Source of the DNA: Macrostomum hystrix
Taxonomy: Eukaryota; Animalia; Platyhelminthes
Direction of reading: 5' to 3'
Assembly (NCBI GenBank): GCA_950097015.1
Contig: CATNEN010000007.1
Coordinates: 3,534,001 to 3,598,000 of the forward strand
DNA: 64,000 nucleotides
The notes under the pieces are model-generated. The model did not search any database. It had not been told where the DNA came from and saw only the letters and a program-made list of their open reading frames with translations. Of the stretch, positions 47,743-60,506 are shown piece after piece. Position 1 is the stretch's first letter. Each line of letters starts with the position of its first letter. Made by a program: the position numbers and the translations under genes.

Positions 47743-50273
47743 CTGCAAAGAGTCAAAGACACATTGTAAAGCAAAACACACTTTTTGAAACGAACTTATT
47801 TGCTGATTTAATTTTTATACAAACATTTTTAGACAATTACTTGTATTTTTAAACCAACTGTGACATGATAGTGCATATACTTCTGCTTTCCTTTTGCTCA
47901 TTAATTTTTTTGTTTACATTTAAAATTAGATTAATATTTTCATTTCTTGTGCTTTATTTAAAAAAAATGAAAGAAAAATATATTTAGCCATAATACTAAT
48001 ACAGTCAACTGGACTATATTTTTATAAAACATTAAAAGAGAAAAGAAATAGATCCATAAAGGTATAAGATATCATTACAACCCCCGTAGGCCAGCTAACA
48101 ATAAAATGATTTTCAAAGAAGTTAAATTGAAGATTTAAATTAATAAAAGTAGGATATTCTTGTGTTGGCAAATATACTGTTACAAGATCAATGCTAGTGG
48201 ATATGAACATAGAATAATGTAACATGGATAATGGCTTATTTGAAAGCACCTAGCAATAGCAAGGCTACTAGCATTATAATCATTTAGAAATAATTTCAAC
48301 CTCAAATAAAACATGGTATTGATTAAAAATGCATTTTTATTATTTTTTCTGAATATTGGTGTGGAAGGTGTGATGTGAATGATACTATTCAAATTTTTAC
48401 TTTAAATTGGTTCAGTCAATTTTAAAACAAGAATAATTGAACAAAAAGTTGCTTAAGCCAAAAGGCTAAGATGTGTCTTGGGGGGTATAAATTAGTAGAG
48501 GGTAATTAGGAGGAGGGCTGTAGGGAAAACAATGGCAAAGCAACAGCAACTGATGGCAGAGTGACAGCAATTGAGTGACAACTGACAGCAAGTGATGACA
48601 AAAGTGAAGAGAACACTCCAACAACAAGCACCACAGAAGATTGTCAACTTTAACAAACCACAAGCAGAACTTCAGCTCAACCACAAGGGACGATAAGAAG
48701 AAACTCAAGTGGCTGAGCTAAGGGCCTGCCAAGATTAGAAACTGCTGATGCGGAGGAGGTAGCCTAGGCAAATACAGGCAACAGGAAGCAAGGCAAAGGA
48801 GGATTAGATTAAATTGAGCAGAAGATAAAATATACACAAAAAATTCACCTAAATTAATTGATACTAGTATAAAACTTAGCAACTATAATGATATATAAAT
48901 TCAATAGACAATTTTCAATTGTGATTGAGTATCTAAAATGAAAATGCTGACAGAAGCAGAGTATCAATAAAAGTTGAGAAGGAGGCAGAAAAGGGCAACT
49001 TGGTTGCCCTTAATTGTGAATCACTTTCTGTCACTACTAGAAAGCTGTGTATCTCGTGACAAGCCTGAGATACATTCAGCAAACAAGAGATTTTTGGTCT
49101 TTTTTATTTTGACTAGACACCAAGCACCACCAGAAAAAGAAAACCAAAAAGATGACTCAATTTCTTTTGTTAAATTTGAGGTGGAAATTTTGGCAGACAT
49201 AATTTCATTGCTTCAAAGGTCATACATGGCTTCATGCTAGGCACATCTTTTTTACAATCCTTTGTGCAATATGTTATAGAAACAAAAGTTCTTACTCTCC
49301 TTGCTCTGCCTTTTTACAAGTTTATTTTTTGGCAATCCTTTAGATTTGCATGTTTAAGTAGGCCTATTTTAAATATATATAAAGAAGTTTAAACATTTTA
49401 ATAAGTAAATAAATAAACTTTTCTGGGTAGCACTAGCACACAATAAAGTGTCCTCAGACCCTTTTTATTATTGATTTGGTAGATAAAGGCTTGCTGATTG
49501 TCACTACTAAGTAAAATAGTGAAAACATTGTTGTCTTTGTAAAAAAATTAACATGTAAAACTAGAAGATTGCCTGTTAAAATTTACAAGGTTTAAATTTT
49601 TATTGCTTGTAAATCAATTTAAATCCACCTTTATCCATTTTAAGGCCGAAACTTGAAAATGTGCTCTGCTCTTGCTTAAAAAAGTTATTAAAGAGTCTAA
49701 TTTTAATTTGAATTTGGAAAGTACCACAGTACCATTAAAATATATACTGATTTAATCTTTGATTTAATCTTTAAAACTTATATGTTAATTTTTAACCATC
49801 AATAATTTAACTGTTAATATATAGCCTATTGAATCTACAGCCTAAGTATTACAAAGTGTTATTTCTAACAATTTGATTAGGAAGTATGACATATTGTAGG
49901 CCTAGACACATTTCACATAGGCCCTAGCTATAGCCATAGGGCCTACCTTGCAGCACAATTTTGTTCCTCAGCTTATTGGCCTTTCTATGCTTGCAAATTA
50001 AACCTAGGCCTATTTAGAATTGCTTATAATAATATTATATATTGCTTTGCTGAATACTTAGTCCTAGAATTAGTAAAAAGCAGCTAAGATATGATAAATT
50101 AAAAATCTATATTTTCTTTTTGTATGGTATATCTATATAAAGATTGAAAAATTAATTTAATAAAGCGGTAAACATAGGTTCGTAACTTTTTTTGTCATGC
50201 TACTGTTAGGCACATTCAATTTTATACTCAGCGTCGCAACTTATCATAATCCTGTGCATTAGACATGATAAAC

Positions 50274-50333
50274 CAAGGACCACTAGAAGTAGAGTGGTCC
50301 TTCTTCTAGTCCTTCTTCTTCTAGTGTTCCTTG
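50274..50333. mobile_element. 60-bp TIR element (micro-MITE or footprint) with 9-bp TSD
   Basis: TIRs CAAGGACCACTAGAAG / CTTCTAGTGTTCCTTG (15/16 match), flanked by ATGATAAAC at 50265-50273 and 50334-50342. Confidence 0.7.
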
Positions 50334-50871
50334 ATGATAAACATTAGCTTCGAAATGGAAAATAGCTTCAATTAAGAAAAAGAAGTTTTTGCCTAGCCGT
50401 TAGAGATTCTGAGAAGCATACCTAGATTTAACAAACATGGACATACCCTTGCTTCTTGAATGGCACTAATGTTTAGATTTTATGAAATAAAAGGTTTTTC
50501 TTATATAAAATATCGTAAAATGCTCTTCTTAGAGCGAGAAAAAGTTCACTTGCTAAAAAACCGTTAATTCCTGAACCGAACCGAGGAAAAGAATCGGTTC
50601 TGTAATTCTGGGAAAAGCTGTATAAACTCACAGCGCCTTAGATCGAGTGGAGCGCAAGCAATAAAGACGGCAGTTATTTGTGACAATTATGAAGCAGTTA
50701 GCAGAAAATTAACCAATGAATGATTGAATTACTATTATTTGATAGAAACCTTGCTCTATTCCCTAAATGAAAAGTCTATATGAAGATTGTATTAAAAGTC
50801 TTCTGTAACTTATGACGTTATCGGTCCAATGACTACTTACTAGTATGTAGACGCTTCATAAGTATGCATAC

Positions 50872-51183
50872 AGAGGTTGTAGCCTAGTGGTTAGGGCGTC
50901 GGACTCACGACTTGAAGTTCGGGGCTTCGATTCCCGATTTCACGGAAACAATGAGTCCTTTAGCAACACACTTAACTCTGCATCGCTTTAGTTCACCCAG
51001 CTGTTAAATGGGAACCAGCATAAGCTGGGATAATTGAAGGTGGGTGTGGCGTCCCCCCCAGTCCATGGACTGAACAGCTGTACGCAGCCTTCAGATGCGC
51101 CGCGCAATAGCTGCGGCTTTGCTGTCGGCTGCACATCTGGCCCGATTGGGACATGTGTAATCAATTACAATTACCAATTATTC
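50872..51183 (+). mobile_element. tRNA-derived SINE
   Basis: A-box TAGCCTAGTGG (50880), B-box GCTTCGATTCC (50924), central GTCCTTTAGCAACACACTTAAC...CACCCAGCTGTTAAATGGGAACC, CAATTA-type tail; a homologous copy lies at 32795-33062. Confidence 0.75.
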
Positions 51184-52184
51184 ATACGTATGTAGCTGTT
51201 AAGAGCTTTCCGAGCTTTCTTTATTGCAAATCATAGAAAATGTTATTTTAATCTTTGACCGGTGCTAGTTAAAGTAGTACTGATCCGTTACTGCACAACT
51301 AAGTATTTACTATTACTTGAAGAATTAATCAAGCATCGCAAGTGTTCTCATACAAGTCCTCTTGCAAAGGAATTCCCTTACAGCGAAGAATGACATGCAA
51401 AAAGAAAGTCAAAATTTACCGTAAGGCGTGCGTAGTGGCGCTTGCAAATAAAAAAGTAATTCAGAATTGATGGCGAAATTCAGATTATAGAGTCACTCGG
51501 AATAAAGAGATGGAAAACGTTAACTGTTATTTGTTAATCATTGTATTTAAAAATTTACTGAAAGGTCGTTAGAAAATATTACTATGGCCAGCAGAAAATA
51601 AATATGATTTAGTCACCATAAAGAAAAAGAAAACGAAGCGCATAATGCTTGCGAAAAATTGCAGTAAGCTTTCGGACAATAAATTTAATAGACTTAGTAG
51701 CATAGCCAAAATGTAAATTTAACTGGTAAGTCAAAGGAAAAAATAGTCAATGTTGCTTATTGGACCAGATACTCGAGAAAAGCTGGTCTGACATTGCACC
51801 AAAAAGCACCAATTTAAGTTTATAAAGTTTGGCTATCGGAAAACTGTCTAGAAACTTGCTGCTTTATAATAAGTAAATTAGCAAAATAGATATGTATCGT
51901 AAAATTTATATAGAAGTAAAGTAAATATTTAAAAATATAGATATATATTAGAGAAAATGCCATTCGATCCTATTTGCAAAGTAGTAAAAGCTTTTAATTA
52001 GACAATTTAGTTTCATGTAAGGTAATTAGAAAACTTTAGATGTTAAAATTGTGTCAGCAATGGAATCAATTACATAGTCAGATTCTAATCAGGGTGAAAC
52101 TCGGGTGCAGCTTATCATCAGATAGTTCATTCAGTTTTTACCTAATTCAACACTGCTGCTTGTATTGTACTTTCTGTGGTAAAC

Positions 52185-52676
52185 TCAGAACTTGAAGCCG
52201 CCTGGCGGGGCGTTCGTGTCGGTCGGAGCTGAGAAGTCGATCTGGCCGCTCCCGGCGCCCCCAATGCCGCCGGCCTCATCGGCGCCGCCTTCGTCCTCGG
52301 CGCTGAAGTAGGTTTCAATCATCTGCTGGGCCATTTCGAATACTCGTTCGTTCTCGTGCTCCTGCAGGGCTTCGAGTTTGTCTAGGCCGCCGCAGCCTTC
52401 AATCACGATGCACATGTCGTCGGCCTGGCCGTACTTCTTGGCCAGACTGAGCAGGGAGTTAAGCGACTCCATTACTATGCAGACTATCTTGGCCTCTTGA
52501 ACGGCCAGCATCTCGCAAAGGGCCGGAACAACATTCTGATTGGCCAGGTAGCTGATCTGGGCTTCGCTGCCGCCAGTGACCATGTTGGTTAGGGCCCAGG
52601 TGGCCTCTTTCTTGGCTTTGAAGTCGCCGTTAACCATGATGCCAATTAGTGGCGGAATCAGGTTGTTGTCGATCAC
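52185..52676 (-). CDS. KPNA: Orphan duplicate of the importin-alpha last exon (163 aa); potential 3' half of a chimeric gene
   Basis: Matches 62358-62849. Only 10 nt (53440-53449) of the preceding importin exon were co-duplicated. Confidence 0.8.
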   Translation of the reverse strand: MIDNNLIPPLIGIMVNGDFKAKKEATWALTNMVTGGSEAQISYLANQNVVPALCEMLAVQEAKIVCIVMESLNSLLSLAKKYGQADDMCIVIEGCGGLDKLEALQEHENERVFEMAQQMIETYFSAEDEGGADEAGGIGGAGSGQIDFSAPTDTNAPPGGFKF

Positions 52677-52744
52677 CTGAGAGTGAGAGATTGCAGCGAA
52701 ATCAGTGCACAAGATGCCCAAAGGTCATCAAACTGAGGAAGGCA

Positions 52745-53385
52745 GTGCTGAAGGGTCATAAGACTGATGGAGGCGGTGATGGAAGGTCATGAGACTGATA
52801 GACGCAGTGATGGAAGGTCATGAGACTGATAGAGACAGTGATGGAAGGTCATGAGACTGATAGAGGCAGTGATGGAAGGTCATGAGACTGATATAGACAG
52901 TGATGGAAGGTCATGAGACTGATAGAGGCAGTGATGGAAGGTCATGAGACTGATATAGACAGTGATGGAAGGTCATGAGACTGATAGAGGCAGTGATGGA
53001 AGGTCATGAGACTGATAGAGGCAGTGATGGAAGGTCATGAGACTGATAGAGGCAGTGATGGAAGGTCATGAGACTGATAGAGACAGTGATGGAAGGTCAT
53101 GAGACTGATAGACGCAGTGATGGAAGGTCATGAGACTGATAGAGGCAGTGATGGAAGGTCATGAGACTTATGGAGGCGGTGATGGAAGGTCATGAGACTG
53201 ATAGAGGCAGTGATGGAAGGTCATGAGACTGATAGAGGCAGTGATGGAAGGTCATGAGACTGATAGTGGCAGTGATGGAAGGTCATGAGACTGATAGAGA
53301 CAGTGATGGAAGGTCATAAGACTGATAGAGGCAGTGATGGAAGGTCATGAGACTGATAGAGGCACTGATGGAAGGTCATCAGACT
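52745..53385. repeat. 31-bp minisatellite, about 20 copies, in the last importin-alpha intron (copy at 62918-63558)
   Basis: GTGATGGAAGGTCATGAGACTGATAGAGGCA. Confidence 0.95.
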
Positions 53386-53869
53386 GTAACGGAGGCTGTT
53401 TGGAAGATTAAAAGAACAGCGCCTCTGTCGCCAACACACCATTTGAATCAACCATTAGCTGTGTGATCTATCAACCATTAGCTGTGTGATCCATCAACCA
53501 TTAGCTGTGTGATCTATCAACCATTAGCTGTGTGATCCATCAACAGTTAGCTGTGTGATCTATCAACCATTAGCTGTGTGATCCATCAACAGTTAGCTGT
53601 GTGATCTATCAACCATTAGCTGTGTGATCCATCAACAGTTAGCTGTGTGATCTATCAACCATTAGCTGTGTGATCTATCAACCATTAGCTGTTTAATAAA
53701 ATAGGCTAAAGCCAGCCCCACCCCCAAGCGGGTGAAAGGCCGACGCCATGTACATTTAGACCATTCAGACAAGACTTGCCAACGCACAGCACGTGCCACG
53801 CAGGAACCCCACACTATCAACAGTTGATTGATAAACCATGACTCGTATCAGTGCGATCCAACAACTCAC

Positions 53870-53968
53870 AATTCTCTCATAGTACTCTCTTCTGCGCTGG
53901 GCCCGCTTGCGATAATCGACCATGGAGGTTCGAATCTGCTTCTCTTGTCGCCTGGCCTCGACCCACAT
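53870..53968 (-). CDS. CLASRP: Duplicate CLASRP exon 1; potential 5' half of a chimeric gene
   Basis: Matches 43697-43795, with upstream region and GTGAGT donor intact; its intron is cut at 53447. Confidence 0.8.
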
Positions 53969-55998
53969 GGTCAGGGGCTGCTTAGAATTGATAAGTTGAA
54001 AACTTTTTATGCGGTGCAAAAGTTATTAGGTTAGATTAGGGTTTGCAGATGCTGAATAGAATAGCCAATGACAACTGAAACGAAATGCAATGCACAATTG
54101 GATTATCTTTGTTTGTACCAGATCCAACGAGTAGACAAGTGACATGGAAGAACTCACTCAGGGAGGGAAAAAACTTATTTAGACTGGGGAAAAACTCATT
54201 AAGGCAGGGTAAGAACTCATTCAGACAGGGGAAGAACTCATTCAGGTAGGGGACGAACTCATTCAGGTAGGGGAAGAACTCATTCAGACAGGGGAAGAAC
54301 TCATTCATGTAGGGGAAGAACTCATTCAGGCAGGGGAAGAGCATACTTAGGGGAAGAGCTCGTTGATAAAAGCACAGTTAAAAAAGCAAATAAAACTAGC
54401 TGTTCAAATCCCATAGGTCAAGCATTATGCGGCTTTAACTAGTTTATTAATTTCTGTGTTTCATAGCTGCTTCTGCAGCAATCGTTGACAAACAGTCCAA
54501 TTTCGGCGCACATAAAGCATCTATTGAGATGATTCATAATAAAAGTACAAAACACGAGTTCATTACAAGATCCAAATTTGAAACGCTTATGAATTATATA
54601 GAATGAATAAGAATAACTTCTGTGAATTATAGAATTTTTTCTGGCATATTTTTTACAAAGCTTGGATCGATCAAACAACAGCAAAAATAGGATAAACACT
54701 GTTTCAAATACCCAGAACTCATCAATGCTTTCAGTACCGGGTCTGGTGAGAAATAAAATCACATTTAAATTGACAAAAAAGAAATGAGATAAACAGACAA
54801 AGTATTAGGACAAACAGAAGACAGGCCCCTTTCTCACCGTGTCACGCGCTTCTAAAGTGTTAGATAAAAAACTTGCCGATATGTTTCGAAAAAGTAAAAT
54901 CAATCTACAGTACTTATTGATCAGACCGAATGGCAGATAGACAGACAGTGAGCGACAGGCAGAGAAGATGCAGAGCATCTAAAGGCAGTAAAAAGAGAGG
55001 CGAGAAAGACAACGAATCGGTGATTGGGCAGTCATGACAGATTGCATGGCAGCTGCAGAAATGAGAACAACAGATCAAACACCAACGTGGGATGTGAAGC
55101 AAATGAGCAAATAGTCTTATGGAACTTTCAAATAAAAATTACAAATCAAATATTTAAGGAATCAGACAAGCAACTGAAAAGTTCTCACAGTGCTAAATAA
55201 GAAGCCGCTTTTATTGTAGCAAAACATAAACATGAGCTTAGCAAAGAAAAAACATACAATTATGGACAAAAAAACTATTTGATTCAAGTATCGTGGAAAA
55301 ATTGTACCATTCCTCAAGTATAACAATTAGATATATTACAATCCCCACGCCTCAATATCCCCATATCCTCAATATCCCCATTCCTAACTGACGTCAGGGA
55401 TCAATATCCCATTCCTAACTGACGTCAGGGATCAATATCCCATTCCTAACTGACGTCAGGGATCATTATTCCCATTCCTAATCTGACCGTCAGGGATCAA
55501 TATCCCCATTCCTAATCTGACCGTCAGGGATCAATATCCCATTCCTAACTGACGTCAGGGATCAATATCCCATTCCTAACTGACGTCAGGGATCAATATC
55601 CCATTCCTAACTGACGTCAGGGATCAATATCCCAATTCCTAACTGACCGTCAGGAATCAATATCCCCATTCCTAATCTGACCGTCAGGGATCAATATCCC
55701 CATTCCTAATCTGACCGTCAGGGATCAATATCCCATTCCTAACTGACGTCAGGGATCAATATCCCATTCCTAACTGACGTCAGGGATCAATATCCCCATT
55801 CCTAATCTGACCGTCGGGTTTTTTTTCCCGAATTCTTCATAGAAACCGTATAGGATTAAACTATTTGATATTTCTCAATTTGTTATCGGGTGATCTCACT
55901 TACCATTCCTCAGCGTGGTCGTTAGTTGCAAGAATTGCCACTTATAATGAAAAAGAATGAATTTTAGCCTTTGAAAAGGTTCAGGAACAGCTTCAAAC

Positions 55999-57915
55999 CT
56001 AATGCTTCTTGTTTCCAGGCGAGGCACCGGAGAAACTGTTTAACTCCAGAGTGCGGTACAGGGCGCCCATGTCGAGGCGAAATGTGGCCCAAGTGTCGGA
56101 TCTGAACCGCGCAGCACCAGCCGGCTGATCAGCCTGCTTCAGGCCAGCAGAGCCATTGGCATTGGCAGCTGCTTTAGAAGCGCCCGGCCTCACATAATCC
56201 GGATAGATCTGAAACGGCAGGCCCAGCCTAGTGGCTTCCATGGCCAATTGGTTCAGCTCGTCAAAGCTCAGAGAGTTGGGATCTGACACCGTGAGCATGC
56301 CCGACTCTGTGGCCACCAGCTTGTGAGACGCAATCATCGTCGGCTCGTTCGTCGAAGCGGTGCCATCAGACGCTGAGGAAGCGGCGGGTCGACCTTGACC
56401 TTGAGGATTTTGACCGCCGCCTCCACCACGCTTCTGCCGATTGCGTTGCTTTCCACCTCCGCCTGAGTTCTCCTTATTGCTGTTGCTAGGCGTCGGGACG
56501 CTTGACGGTGCAGCGGCGGCGGCCGACGCGGCTGCAACAGCGGCAGCAGCCGCCGCAGCGGCCGCTGAATCTCCGGCAGTTGGCCTAGAACTCTTGCGCT
56601 GCTGCTGAGAGCGCCGATGCTGCTGTTGCTGTTGCTGTGGCGTTAAAGCTGGTGGGCCGGCGGCCGATCCCGGATGTTGCATCATCAGTGGCGGGGGCTG
56701 CTGCTGCTGTTGCTGAGCCAAGGAGGCATTGTCTGACATGCGCAGAGCGGCCACCCTTGACATGCCACTCTGACGCACAAGGGCCGCCCACCTTCGCAAC
56801 TGGGCAACAAAGGGAATGACTAGAAAAAAGTCCTTGGATTTCAAGGCAATGCGCCTGGCGCAGTCCTCGTCGCTGCGGCTAGTGGGCAGGTCGGCCAGGC
56901 GGAACCACATGATGGCTTCGATTTCGTTTCGAGTCTCCGGCCGGAATGCGAAGTCCATGGGCACATCCGGGACCAGGTAAAGCCTGGACAAGGCCGAGCC
57001 GACTACGCGCTCGATGTACAACTCGGGATCAATCTTGGGCCCGATGTCGTAGCCGGTCTCCTCTTGTACTTCGCGCACTGCCGCCTGCGGAAAGAACTTG
57101 GCCTTGGCCTCGCGATCGTTGATTTTGCCGCGCGGAAACATCCAGCCGGGAGTGAAGCCCTTAACCAAAACCACCTGGACGGAAAATGTGCGACTGTATA
57201 GTGGGATCATCAAACAAAAATTATTCTAGCTGCTGATACTGTAAAACCTTAGTGACCACTTTGAACTATGTCCTAACAATGCCTTCGTCCTTTTCTTATC
57301 AGCGATTTCTTACAATTCAGTAACCTCTTATCCTATTTTCCACGTTGCTAAGCCATGTGTTCTCTCTGCTTCGCCCCTTTCTCCCCACTTCTATTCCCCG
57401 GTCTCCCCAAACCCCTTCCTGTCTCCCCATTCTTCCCTTCCCAATCGCTTAATTCTTCTTTTCTTTATCTCTCATTTCTTCCCATCCTAATCTCCTAATG
57501 CTTTCCAATCCCACTAAAAGCCAGTGGGATCACACACCTGGTCCAGATCGGAATTCATCAACGCAGCGCCGCAGGTTGGCGTCTCGGCTTTGGTGCGCCG
57601 CCATTCGTCATAATGAGTCTGCCAGGTCTGACTGTAGTTGGCCAGCTTGCCGCAGTGGCGAAACACTTGCGCCGAAAACTGGTACATCTTCAGTGGCTGC
57701 AATTTGTTCTCGGCAACCAGATTGTCCAGGTAGAACCAATAGGCGTGCTCGATCTCATAGAATAGTTTTACAGCATTTGTAAAATAGTGACCGGGCAGGT
57801 TCACAATGAACCGGCTGCACAGGTCATCCAAAACCAGAACAGGAATCGCTGGTCCAGCCTCGTCAGTAAAGCCAGCATCCAGGCCAATGCCTGATGATGA
57901 AGAAGCTAACTGAGA
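55999..57915 (-). CDS. DCP2: DCP2, copy 2 (apparently identical duplicate)
   Basis: Exons 57538-57915 and 55999-57174; same translation as copy 1 at offset +10173. Confidence 0.9.
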
Positions 57916-60446
57916 CTGCAAAGAGTCAAAGACACATTGTAAAGCAAAACACACTTTTTGAAACGAACTTATTTGCTGATTTAATTTTTATACAAACATT
58001 TTTAGACAATTACTTGTATTTTTAAACCAACTGTGACATGATAGTGCATATACTTCTGCTTTCCTTTTGCTCATTAATTTTTTTGTTTACATTTAAAATT
58101 AGATTAATATTTTCATTTCTTGTGCTTTATTTAAAAAAAATGAAAGAAAAATATATTTAGCCATAATACTAATACAGTCAACTGGACTATATTTTTATAA
58201 AACATTAAAAGAGAAAAGAAATAGATCCATAAAGGTATAAGATATCATTACAACCCCCGTAGGCCAGCTAACAATAAAATGATTTTCAAAGAAGTTAAAT
58301 TGAAGATTTAAATTAATAAAAGTAGGATATTCTTGTGTTGGCAAATATACTGTTACAAGATCAATGCTAGTGGATATGAACATAGAATAATGTAACATGG
58401 ATAATGGCTTATTTGAAAGCACCTAGCAATAGCAAGGCTACTAGCATTATAATCATTTAGAAATAATTTCAACCTCAAATAAAACATGGTATTGATTAAA
58501 AATGCATTTTTATTATTTTTTCTGAATATTGGTGTGGAAGGTGTGATGTGAATGATACTATTCAAATTTTTACTTTAAATTGGTTCAGTCAATTTTAAAA
58601 CAAGAATAATTGAACAAAAAGTTGCTTAAGCCAAAAGGCTAAGATGTGTCTTGGGGGGTATAAATTAGTAGAGGGTAATTAGGAGGAGGGCTGTAGGGAA
58701 AACAATGGCAAAGCAACAGCAACTGATGGCAGAGTGACAGCAATTGAGTGACAACTGACAGCAAGTGATGACAAAAGTGAAGAGAACACTCCAACAACAA
58801 GCACCACAGAAGATTGTCAACTTTAACAAACCACAAGCAGAACTTCAGCTCAACCACAAGGGACGATAAGAAGAAACTCAAGTGGCTGAGCTAAGGGCCT
58901 GCCAAGATTAGAAACTGCTGATGCGGAGGAGGTAGCCTAGGCAAATACAGGCAACAGGAAGCAAGGCAAAGGAGGATTAGATTAAATTGAGCAGAAGATA
59001 AAATATACACAAAAAATTCACCTAAATTAATTGATACTAGTATAAAACTTAGCAACTATAATGATATATAAATTCAATAGACAATTTTCAATTGTGATTG
59101 AGTATCTAAAATGAAAATGCTGACAGAAGCAGAGTATCAATAAAAGTTGAGAAGGAGGCAGAAAAGGGCAACTTGGTTGCCCTTAATTGTGAATCACTTT
59201 CTGTCACTACTAGAAAGCTGTGTATCTCGTGACAAGCCTGAGATACATTCAGCAAACAAGAGATTTTTGGTCTTTTTTATTTTGACTAGACACCAAGCAC
59301 CACCAGAAAAAGAAAACCAAAAAGATGACTCAATTTCTTTTGTTAAATTTGAGGTGGAAATTTTGGCAGACATAATTTCATTGCTTCAAAGGTCATACAT
59401 GGCTTCATGCTAGGCACATCTTTTTTACAATCCTTTGTGCAATATGTTATAGAAACAAAAGTTCTTACTCTCCTTGCTCTGCCTTTTTACAAGTTTATTT
59501 TTTGGCAATCCTTTAGATTTGCATGTTTAAGTAGGCCTATTTTAAATATATATAAAGAAGTTTAAACATTTTAATAAGTAAATAAATAAACTTTTCTGGG
59601 TAGCACTAGCACACAATAAAGTGTCCTCAGACCCTTTTTATTATTGATTTGGTAGATAAAGGCTTGCTGATTGTCACTACTAAGTAAAATAGTGAAAACA
59701 TTGTTGTCTTTGTAAAAAAATTAACATGTAAAACTAGAAGATTGCCTGTTAAAATTTACAAGGTTTAAATTTTTATTGCTTGTAAATCAATTTAAATCCA
59801 CCTTTATCCATTTTAAGGCCGAAACTTGAAAATGTGCTCTGCTCTTGCTTAAAAAAGTTATTAAAGAGTCTAATTTTAATTTGAATTTGGAAAGTACCAC
59901 AGTACCATTAAAATATATACTGATTTAATCTTTGATTTAATCTTTAAAACTTATATGTTAATTTTTAACCATCAATAATTTAACTGTTAATATATAGCCT
60001 ATTGAATCTACAGCCTAAGTATTACAAAGTGTTATTTCTAACAATTTGATTAGGAAGTATGACATATTGTAGGCCTAGACACATTTCACATAGGCCCTAG
60101 CTATAGCCATAGGGCCTACCTTGCAGCACAATTTTGTTCCTCAGCTTATTGGCCTTTCTATGCTTGCAAATTAAACCTAGGCCTATTTAGAATTGCTTAT
60201 AATAATATTATATATTGCTTTGCTGAATACTTAGTCCTAGAATTAGTAAAAAGCAGCTAAGATATGATAAATTAAAAATCTATATTTTCTTTTTGTATGG
60301 TATATCTATATAAAGATTGAAAAATTAATTTAATAAAGCGGTAAACATAGGTTCGTAACTTTTTTTGTCATGCTACTGTTAGGCACATTCAATTTTATAC
60401 TCAGCGTCGCAACTTATCATAATCCTGTGCATTAGACATGATAAAC

Positions 60447-60506
60447 CAAGGACCACTAGAAGTAGAGTGGTCCTTCTTCTAGTCCTTCTTCTTCTAGTGT
60501 TCCTTG
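60447..60506. mobile_element. 60-bp TIR element (duplicated copy)
   Basis: Same as 50274-50333 at +10173. Confidence 0.7.

Noticed and set aside
50872-50945. Functional tRNA gene
   Set aside because: A and B boxes are present, but there is no matching acceptor stem or poly-T terminator, and it continues into a body shared with another copy, so it is a SINE head.
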